Positions 18,869-26,744 of a DNA stretch of 41,199 bases are shown piece after piece. The notes under the pieces are model-generated. The model saw nothing but the letters and a program-made list of their open reading frames with translations, did no database searches and was not told where the DNA came from. This stretch comes from Fidelibacterota bacterium (GTDB lineage Bacteria > Fidelibacterota > Marinisomatia > Marinisomatales > TCS56). How positions within the stretch are numbered: the stretch's first letter is position 1; the number at the start of each line of letters is the position of its first letter. A program made the translations under genes and the position numbers. The DNA lies in the NCBI GenBank assembly GCA_043822705.1, contig JBDRBK010000009.1, positions 1 through 41,199 on the forward strand, in the 5' to 3' direction.

Positions 18869-19396
18869 TCATTCCCTGCGGACCAGTTCGCCGCCGATGA
18901 TTTCGTAATCAGCAGTGTGCATCAACTGCGGTTCTTCCGCTATTGCCTGACCGGCCTCTCGATCGCGGTAAATCAGTCTGATTGATCCCGATTTAATCGT
19001 CAGTCCATCGATGTGGATACGATCACCAATAAAGGTCGTTGTTGTTGAGCTGACATGGTTCTTTTTAAAAATAATTGCCGCCAGATAATAAAAACTGCCG
19101 CTGCCGCCGGACGAACCGACCAGAATCAACGCCCCATCCGGCTGACCGTCCCCATCCAGATCACCGAAAACCGGATTACCCGCCAGTTGGATTCTTACTT
19201 TTATAGCTGAGCCGGGAACGGCCGCTTCTTCATAAACCACATTCACCAGCGTCGCCCAGCCGGTGGTAGTCATATCAAGTGGATAGCGGGCATTGAGTAC
19301 CAGATCAGTGAGAGCCGGATCGGCGATATTAGAGTCGCTGCAACCAGCGAAGATCAGACCGGTCCCGAATACCATCAGAAATTTTAATACATTCAT
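18869..19396 (-). CDS. Lipoprotein of unknown function
   Basis: Lipobox IFAG-C; DLDGDGQPD Ca-binding-like loop and GGSGSFYYL. Confidence 0.75.
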   Translation of the reverse strand: MNVLKFLMVFGTGLIFAGCSDSNIADPALTDLVLNARYPLDMTTTGWATLVNVVYEEAAVPGSAIKVRIQLAGNPVFGDLDGDGQPDGALILVGSSGGSGSFYYLAAIIFKKNHVSSTTTTFIGDRIHIDGLTIKSGSIRLIYRDREAGQAIAEEPQLMHTADYEIIGGELVRRE

Positions 19397-19416
19397 TTCA
19401 CAGCCTCGCAGAAAAT

Positions 19417-19445
19417 AAAAAGGGCATGATCACCATGCCCTTTTT
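19417..19445. terminator. Rho-independent terminator (potentially bidirectional)
   Basis: AAAAAGGGCATG-atcac-CATGCCCTTTTT perfect inverted repeat, just downstream of the 19465 stop. Confidence 0.9.
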
Positions 19446-19464
19446 ACGCCGTAAAGCAGGTTAA

Positions 19465-21657
19465 TTACAGATCGAAAGCCGTCTCGATCGTCGTCTGCCG
19501 GACCGGTTTCAGTCCTTCACCGGCATCACGATAGAATTGGCTGAAATTCCATACCAGGCTGACGCCGGGACTGACTTCGTAGCCCAGCCGGTAACCGATG
19601 ATCGTATTTACCGTGGGATTCTTGAAATCAAAGGGATTTGCATCATTGTTGCGCATGTAATAGGCGCTGGCTTCGCTGAGTTTGGGAATCCAATCGGTGT
19701 TAAGTCCCAACACCGCGGCAAAACTGCGGACCTTCACCGTATCCGATTTCATATTGGCATAGGACGCGCCCAGGTTGGCAAAACCGAAGATATCCCAGTT
19801 GAATGCACCGAAATACCCTGACAGCGTGGCGTCGTCGTTCAAAACCAGTTTATCCTTGGTCAGTACGATAGTACTGTCGTTGGCATCGGTCTGAGTGATA
19901 ACCCGGGATATATCATAAGACTGATCAAAGAAGCGCGGAACGAAATAACCCATTTTAATCCGGTATTCCAGGTTCAGTTGCACCATCTTGAATAACGATG
20001 CCCGGATGCCGGGGACGGTGATGCCGGTCCCGGTCTTGGAATCACGCGTGTATTGATCGCCGGTAACCTCCGGAACGATCAACTGGTTGAATTCGGAATA
20101 GACGTCAACGGCTACGATTTTATTAGCGAATACGGGATAGCCGACATCGAAGGCAATGCCAATGATGCTGGCCTTGGTTTCAGCCGTATTAAGCGGCTGT
20201 GCTTTCAGTCGTGGATCGTCCGTACCACCGGCCCATATGTCAAGTGTATTATTATTATTGGCATCTATGTCCCATTGCGAAGTATCGAGCCCGGGATGGG
20301 GATCGGGTAATCCATCACCATCGGTGTCATTCCATAATTTTTTATTATCGTCGAAATCGTCGAATACATCGGGAATATCATCACCATCCAGGTCTTTCAA
20401 GCCGGAAAACTGGTTCATGTCCACCACCAGATTGGCGCCGAAGGTCAGGGGCAGTTTCTCGGCGAGTTTATAGGAACCGCGCAGACCCATGATTGTGCCG
20501 CCGCGCATGAAATCCTTGATGTTGGACAGGAATATTTCGGTATCGATTTTCTTCATGAACCGCATACCGGCATTGACACCGGTCTGGCGCACCGACGGGT
20601 ATTCCATCATATTGGAATAACCATTCAGCAGACCGCCATAACCCAGGGTCACACTCGGCAGCGAACCGACCCGAGCCCAGAACGGATCGCCCTTTTTGGC
20701 CCAGCTCAGGTACAGGATTTTATCCAGCAGCATGCCGGGATTATTCTTGATATCCCAGTCATCCTTACGGAAATTGCCTTCGTTGTCGATATACAGCACG
20801 ACATCGAGACCGATCCCCAGTTTACCGAAACTGAATTCCGGTCGCAGTGCGAACTGGTTGTACATTATACCGTCGATCGTAACCGAACCGATCCCCAGGC
20901 CCAAACCGTAGGGTTTATCGGCTTTTGGTTCCGCTTCGGGCGCCGCTTCTTCCGGTGTCATTTCAACTTCGCCGGGCAATGGTTCGACTTCGGTCGGTGT
21001 GACCGTTTCGGTTTCTACGGCCGGTTCTTCTTCGATCACTTCTTCTTCGACCGCTTCCGGCTCCACCGTCTCTTCGGGATCTTCGGGATATTCATTTGGC
21101 ATGGCCGGCGCCTGGATGATCGCCCCGGCGGCATTGGAGATGGCTTTCTGGCCGGCGCTGATCGAAACGATCTGCTGGCTGATTACATTCAGCACTTCGA
21201 CCAGGCCGCTGCTGCCTAAAAACTGATCAACGCCGAACAATGTGTTGACGATGGCCGTGAATTCGGTTCCCTTGACTGACGCCACCGAAGTGGGGGTTTC
21301 AATCCGGAATGATTTGGTCCGTCCCTGTTCGGCAATCTTATTGAGCAGGGTCCCGTTTTCGATCTTCAGCGTCCGTGTGTTATCCGAATCGAGAAATTCA
21401 AATTCGGTATTTTCCTTGACCTTGATTACCGAACGGTCATCGATAAACACCACTACGGCGAATCCATCCGCCCCGACCTGCAGCGCATCACCATTTTCGA
21501 TGGCCGCCCCCGGCACGGCTGATTCGGAAAATTCGACGCCTCCCAGTCGTTTGAGCATGACCGCACCCTGGGCTTTCATCACCCGGGCGATTGATTCGGC
21601 TGCCACAAAATTCACAACCAAACTCAAAAGAATAAAAATGCCTGCTAATTTTTTCAT
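19465..21657 (-). CDS. FecR domain-containing exported protein with acidic linker and probable C-terminal beta-barrel
   Basis: Signal peptide; FecR motifs (NGDALQVG, FRIETPTSVASVKGTEF); Glu/Pro-rich linker; amphipathic beta-strands; Asp-rich inserts. Confidence 0.8.
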   Translation of the reverse strand: MKKLAGIFILLSLVVNFVAAESIARVMKAQGAVMLKRLGGVEFSESAVPGAAIENGDALQVGADGFAVVVFIDDRSVIKVKENTEFEFLDSDNTRTLKIENGTLLNKIAEQGRTKSFRIETPTSVASVKGTEFTAIVNTLFGVDQFLGSSGLVEVLNVISQQIVSISAGQKAISNAAGAIIQAPAMPNEYPEDPEETVEPEAVEEEVIEEEPAVETETVTPTEVEPLPGEVEMTPEEAAPEAEPKADKPYGLGLGIGSVTIDGIMYNQFALRPEFSFGKLGIGLDVVLYIDNEGNFRKDDWDIKNNPGMLLDKILYLSWAKKGDPFWARVGSLPSVTLGYGGLLNGYSNMMEYPSVRQTGVNAGMRFMKKIDTEIFLSNIKDFMRGGTIMGLRGSYKLAEKLPLTFGANLVVDMNQFSGLKDLDGDDIPDVFDDFDDNKKLWNDTDGDGLPDPHPGLDTSQWDIDANNNNTLDIWAGGTDDPRLKAQPLNTAETKASIIGIAFDVGYPVFANKIVAVDVYSEFNQLIVPEVTGDQYTRDSKTGTGITVPGIRASLFKMVQLNLEYRIKMGYFVPRFFDQSYDISRVITQTDANDSTIVLTKDKLVLNDDATLSGYFGAFNWDIFGFANLGASYANMKSDTVKVRSFAAVLGLNTDWIPKLSEASAYYMRNNDANPFDFKNPTVNTIIGYRLGYEVSPGVSLVWNFSQFYRDAGEGLKPVRQTTIETAFDL

Positions 21658-21760
21658 TTTATCTTCCTATTAATGTTCCAATAAACGGTGATAATAGTAC
21701 CCAACCAAGGAAAATAATACGATTGATACGTCTCATTTCCAAATGATTCCCCGACAATTT

Positions 21761-24568
21761 TTACTGTTCCAGGTAATCCCGTACCAGTATTGCAATCGAC
21801 AGATACTCATGCTCAGCCGCCGACATCATCCCCACCTCACAAGTACGACTCGAGGAATAGCCAATGGTATCGGCGGGCAAGGCCGGAATGGAAGCCGCTT
21901 CCTTTCTGGTGGCGCTGGCGGTCAACTCCGGGACCAGCATTCCCCGGTCCCCCGCGAATCCGCAGCAACCGAAATCCTCCGGCAGATGCACCTGTGTCGC
22001 GCATTTCTGCGCCAGCCTGACCATGATATCCACCTGCTCCATCTTCTGCGTCGAACAGGTGGGATGCAAAATCACCTGACGGTCCAGCGGCGGCAGATCG
22101 TTATCCTGCACGATCGTCGCCAGGAACGGTATAATATCGATGAAAGTGATCTTTTTCCACAGCGCCAGGACTTGCTGATCAACGATATTATCCCCCATCG
22201 TCCGGAACTGGTAGGTGCAGGGTGATGTATCGACCACCACGGGAATTTCACCCTGCCGGGATGCCTCGTACAAAAGCATGACCGCCCGTTCGGCCATCGC
22301 GGCGTAGGCTGGTTTGAAGCCCTTGGAACTGTAGGGCGTCCCACAACAGGTGTCGTCGATCCGTTCGGGGACGATCAGTTGGACGCCGGAGCGGGCGGCA
22401 ATCCGGCCGATGACGTCGGTGAGGTTGGTGCCGCCACCGGTGGCGCCGAAGGTACGATTAATACAGGAAGTGTAATACACATAGGGCTGGCCGCTGCCGT
22501 AGATTTCCTGCGACCGAAGGCGGGCACCGGCGGGCAGGCTGCGGTTCCAGGTCGGAATGGAATGGTTTGACCAGCGATTAATCCAGCGCAGAGGCCGGTT
22601 CAGCAGATAGTGAATGCCAAAATAACGGGCAAATTTCTGCAGGTTGAGCACTACCCGGATAACGCGTTGAATGAACCGGAAATTGCGGACTGTCCAGTCG
22701 GCGATCCGGTCCTGCCGGGTGCTGTGGCCCTCGAATCGCAGCTCTTTTACAAAAGCACCGGTGTTGATATTGACAGGACAGGCGGTCTCACAGAGGCCAT
22801 CCACGGCACAGGTCATCGTGCCCTGGTAATTGTAATCCGCGATCAGGTCGAAGCGCGTAGCAGCATCGAGCATTTCCTGGTGGCGAATCTCGCGGGCCAG
22901 GGTGATGCGGTTGCGCGGTGTCAGGGTCAATTCCCGCGACGGGCAAACCGGTTCACAGAAGCCGCATTCCACACACAGGTCGACTTTGGGATTGACCAGC
23001 GGCATCGGTTTCAGTGATTCGATATGAACCTTGCGGTTACGGTTTAGCTGAACGCCGGGATTGAGGATATTATCCGGATCAGCCAATTCCTTAATCCGCC
23101 ACATGATATCAGTCAGCGCGGCACCCCATTCCAGTTCCAGGTAAGGCGCCATGTTGCGGCCGGTGCCGTGTTCGGCTTTGAGCGAGCCGTTGTACTTGAT
23201 CACGGTTAAATCGGCGATATCATCCAACATGCCCTCGTAGGCCTGCACACCGGCGGGCGTCTCCAGATCGATCGAGGCGACGAAATGCAGATTGCCGTCC
23301 TGGGCGTGCCCGAAGATCACCGCATCCTCATAATTCCATTTTTCAAAAATGATATGCAGGTCGGCGACCACATCCGCCAGCTTGTCGACATCGAAACAGA
23401 TGTCCTCGGTAATCACACTGGTACCGGGCTTCCGTAGCGAACCGACGGTAGTAAACAGGCTTTTGCGCACTTTCCAGAGTTTGAGGCGAGTGGCCTCGTC
23501 GGTAAAAAATCCGGCGACGATCCGGCCGTGCAATTGCTCTAGTTGCTCATTGACGCCGGCAATTCCGGCCGCGATTCCGGCCGCGTCATGTTTCTGGAAT
23601 TCGCACAGCAGGGCTGCCGAACCGGGTTGCAGGATTTCCGGATCATAGGGCGGTTCCGCCAGGTAACGGGCTGTGGTCAGGGAGGCATAATCCATCATTT
23701 CCAGAGCGTCTACGCCGCAGCCTTTCAGCACCGGGATCGCCCGGCAGGTATCGGCCAGATTATCAAACATGACCAGGCCGGTTGCCTTAAAGCCCGGATC
23801 GGGGATGGTGTTGAGGGTGATTTCGGAAATGAAAGCCAAGGTACCTTCGGCACCGATCAGCAGATGGGCGAAAATATCCAACGGCTTTTCATGATCAAGG
23901 AACGCATTAAGTGAATAGCCTAATGTATTTTTGATGCGGTATTTATGTTCAATTTTTTCTTTTAACTCAGGGCTGCTGTGAATATTCTGTTGCAAATCGG
24001 CCAGACCCTGGGCCAGCGGTTTTTCATTGGTCAGAAATTTTTCGTAGTCGGCGGGAACGGCGGTATCGTAGATATTACCGTTCGCCAGTAAAAAGCGGAT
24101 ACTGCGCATGGTATTGTAGGAATTGTAGCGGATACCGCTGCTCATTCCGGAAGCGTTATTGGAAACGATCCCACCGATCCGGGCGGCCTTGATCGAGGCC
24201 GGGTCGGGACCAATCTTGCGTCCGTAGGCACTGAGAAAACGATTGGCATGATCGCCGATCACACCCGGCTGCAGCCGGATAGCCCGGCCTTCATCAAGTA
24301 TTTTAAAGCCGGTCCAATCCCGCACCGTTTCGGCGACAATTCCATCGGTGACGGTCTGGCCCGACAAAGAGGTCCCGGCGGCCCGGAAAGTGATTCCGGT
24401 CTTTTTCAATCGGGCATATTCGAAAAGCCGGATCAGCTCGGATTCATCCTTGGGCCGCACCACCGCACTGGGTACGATCCGGTAGATACTGGCGTCATGG
24501 GCGAAAGCCAGACGTTCGATTTGGCGGGTATGCACCCGCGCACCGGGTATAATATCAGTTAATTCCAT
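21761..24568 (-). CDS. FAD- and Fe-S-binding oxidoreductase, probable D-lactate dehydrogenase (Dld-II type)
   Basis: FRAAGTSLSGQ, GPDPAS, GAEGTL, GHAQDGNLHF, AEHGTGRNM, CVECGFCEPVCPS, CAVDGLCETACP and two CCG domains. Start placed at the ATG after AAGGTG. Confidence 0.9.
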   Translation of the reverse strand: MELTDIIPGARVHTRQIERLAFAHDASIYRIVPSAVVRPKDESELIRLFEYARLKKTGITFRAAGTSLSGQTVTDGIVAETVRDWTGFKILDEGRAIRLQPGVIGDHANRFLSAYGRKIGPDPASIKAARIGGIVSNNASGMSSGIRYNSYNTMRSIRFLLANGNIYDTAVPADYEKFLTNEKPLAQGLADLQQNIHSSPELKEKIEHKYRIKNTLGYSLNAFLDHEKPLDIFAHLLIGAEGTLAFISEITLNTIPDPGFKATGLVMFDNLADTCRAIPVLKGCGVDALEMMDYASLTTARYLAEPPYDPEILQPGSAALLCEFQKHDAAGIAAGIAGVNEQLEQLHGRIVAGFFTDEATRLKLWKVRKSLFTTVGSLRKPGTSVITEDICFDVDKLADVVADLHIIFEKWNYEDAVIFGHAQDGNLHFVASIDLETPAGVQAYEGMLDDIADLTVIKYNGSLKAEHGTGRNMAPYLELEWGAALTDIMWRIKELADPDNILNPGVQLNRNRKVHIESLKPMPLVNPKVDLCVECGFCEPVCPSRELTLTPRNRITLAREIRHQEMLDAATRFDLIADYNYQGTMTCAVDGLCETACPVNINTGAFVKELRFEGHSTRQDRIADWTVRNFRFIQRVIRVVLNLQKFARYFGIHYLLNRPLRWINRWSNHSIPTWNRSLPAGARLRSQEIYGSGQPYVYYTSCINRTFGATGGGTNLTDVIGRIAARSGVQLIVPERIDDTCCGTPYSSKGFKPAYAAMAERAVMLLYEASRQGEIPVVVDTSPCTYQFRTMGDNIVDQQVLALWKKITFIDIIPFLATIVQDNDLPPLDRQVILHPTCSTQKMEQVDIMVRLAQKCATQVHLPEDFGCCGFAGDRGMLVPELTASATRKEAASIPALPADTIGYSSSRTCEVGMMSAAEHEYLSIAILVRDYLEQ

Positions 24569-24851
24569 GAAAAATTGCACCTTGTTATCTGGCTAATCGT
24601 TACACAACCATCGAACGCAACCGATGATAATCTTTCGATTTCAGGCCACGTTTTCAACCGGCCTCCGGTTTTGCACTCACGAAGGGCGGGCGAATTTACC
24701 ATTTCCGGTCAATATGGCACCTGACGAAAAATTCATTTTTACCCCCTCATGTTTTCCGTACCAAGCAAATCACGGCTGATATTTTAATGGTCCCAACCTA
24801 AATTCACCGGACCAATTGAATCCTAAAATACTTATTCCGGTGACGTTAAAG

Positions 24852-26744
24852 ATGAAGTCGAGCAAATGTTCCCCCTTCCTGATTGCAATATTTATTGTGC
24901 TGACTGCGGTGAGCGCCCAGAACCCGAACATCCCCAAAAGTTATGCCAGCCTGGCCTTCGATGCACCTGATTCGTTGGTGTATATCAGTCCGGACGGCCA
25001 GCGAATTCCGGCGACCCCGCATAGTGACGGCTACCGCCTGAGCAGTCTGCGTTCGATCCCGGTTGCCAACGATTCGGCGGTGGTATTTGATTTTCAGGCC
25101 GCCGACCTCGACGGCTGGCTCTATTACGGCTTGATTCAGACTGAAGGTATCAAATATCATTATCCGGTGTTTTTTCACCGGCGCACCAAGATATCCGGCG
25201 GGAAGACGACAGTTAAGATCAAAGAGAACTTGGGCGGCTTGTTCGATATATCAGGCTGGGAAAAATCAGGTTTGCTGCGCCTGGGCTACCGGGTCGTCAC
25301 TTCGTCCGGCGATATTTTATATGACGGCAAGATTATCATCTCCGGGACGGGACCATTCCGGGTCGAACCATCGATAATCGAGGGACCGTTCGTCAACCTG
25401 CTGACGCCCGACGGTGCAACGATATCCTTCGTAACCAGCACATCCTTACAAGCCGAAATCACGGTTGGACGCCGGGTTTTCCGCGACGAACAGGTGGCAA
25501 GTTCACACGAAATAGCTATTTCCGGCCTTAAAGCCGATCAGGATTATGAATATATCGTCCGTTACGGCGATCTGACCGACAGCTATTCCTTCCATACCGC
25601 CCCGCAGCCCGGATCGCGGAAGCCGTTCACGTTCGCTTATGCCAGCGACGGCCGCGGCAATGCCGGTGGCGGCGAACGCGACATCAAGGGCACCAATGCC
25701 TATATTATGAAGCGGATCGCCGTTACCTCCGCCCTGAAAAACGCGCGGTTTTTCCAGTTCACCGGTGATTTTATCGACGGGTGCAAGACCGACACCGAGT
25801 CATTGAATCTGGAATACGCCAACTGGAAACGGGCCATCGAACCGTTCGCCCATTACCTGCCGTTTGTACCGGGGATGGGTAATCATGAAAGCCTGTGGAT
25901 CTGGTTCAGCTCCGGCGGCAAGCGGATTATTCTCGATAGTTTTCCCTTCGCCGAGCATTCCACGGAAGCGCTGTTCGCCCGTAATTTCGTCAACCCGCTG
26001 AATGGTCCGCAAAGCGAAGACGGTGCCGTCTACGATCCCGATCCGGAGACTACCGACTTCCCGACTTATCAGGAGAATGTTTACTACTATACTTATGATA
26101 ATATCGCTATGGTCGTCCTCAGCTCCGATTACTGGTACGCCCCGACGATCCGGCATAGTCCCGAGACCGGCGGCAACCTCCACGGTTACCTGCTGGACAA
26201 CCAGTTGCGGTGGCTGCGGGAAACGCTGGCGAAGCTGGAACAGGATCAGAACATCGATCATGTTTTCGTGACCCACCATGCCCCCATCTTTCCCAACGGC
26301 GGTCACGTAAGCAACGCCATGTGGTGGAACGGCGATAATTCCATGCGGCCCACCATTGCTGGTCAGGCTGTGGCGAAAGGCATCATCGAAAACCGCGATG
26401 AATATCTTGATATCCTGATGAATTCCAGTACGAAAGTGCTGGCGGTCCTGACCAGCGACGAACATAATTACCATCGGATGCTGGTAACGGCCAAGACACC
26501 GATTTACCCCGAGAATTACGAGCTGCCGCGCCTGACCCGCTTCCGCCCTTTGCACCAGATCAACAACGGCGCCGCCGGCGCGCCTTATTACGGGCAGGAA
26601 AAGACGCCCTGGTCATCAGCGGTAGATAAATTTTCATCGCAGTTTGCGGTGGTCTTCTTCCATGTCGACGGACGGGCAGTACGGGTCGAGGTGTTGAACC
26701 CCGATACAATGGAACTGATTGATTCATTCCACTTGGCTAAATGA
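24852..26744 (+). CDS. Secreted metallophosphoesterase (purple acid phosphatase-like, FN3 plus calcineurin-like domain)
   Basis: Signal peptide; ISGLKADQDYEY..YSFHTAP (FN3); ASDGR, TGDFID, GNHE, THHAP, SDEH. Confidence 0.85.
   Translation: MKSSKCSPFLIAIFIVLTAVSAQNPNIPKSYASLAFDAPDSLVYISPDGQRIPATPHSDGYRLSSLRSIPVANDSAVVFDFQAADLDGWLYYGLIQTEGIKYHYPVFFHRRTKISGGKTTVKIKENLGGLFDISGWEKSGLLRLGYRVVTSSGDILYDGKIIISGTGPFRVEPSIIEGPFVNLLTPDGATISFVTSTSLQAEITVGRRVFRDEQVASSHEIAISGLKADQDYEYIVRYGDLTDSYSFHTAPQPGSRKPFTFAYASDGRGNAGGGERDIKGTNAYIMKRIAVTSALKNARFFQFTGDFIDGCKTDTESLNLEYANWKRAIEPFAHYLPFVPGMGNHESLWIWFSSGGKRIILDSFPFAEHSTEALFARNFVNPLNGPQSEDGAVYDPDPETTDFPTYQENVYYYTYDNIAMVVLSSDYWYAPTIRHSPETGGNLHGYLLDNQLRWLRETLAKLEQDQNIDHVFVTHHAPIFPNGGHVSNAMWWNGDNSMRPTIAGQAVAKGIIENRDEYLDILMNSSTKVLAVLTSDEHNYHRMLVTAKTPIYPENYELPRLTRFRPLHQINNGAAGAPYYGQEKTPWSSAVDKFSSQFAVVFFHVDGRAVRVEVLNPDTMELIDSFHLAK

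Noticed and set aside
20920..21095. Repetitive TTC/GAA-rich stretch
   Set aside because: Simply encodes the Glu/Pro-rich linker of the FecR protein; not a DNA repeat or CRISPR array.
25800..26555. 251-aa antisense ORF
   Set aside because: Shadow of the GC-rich phosphoesterase gene.
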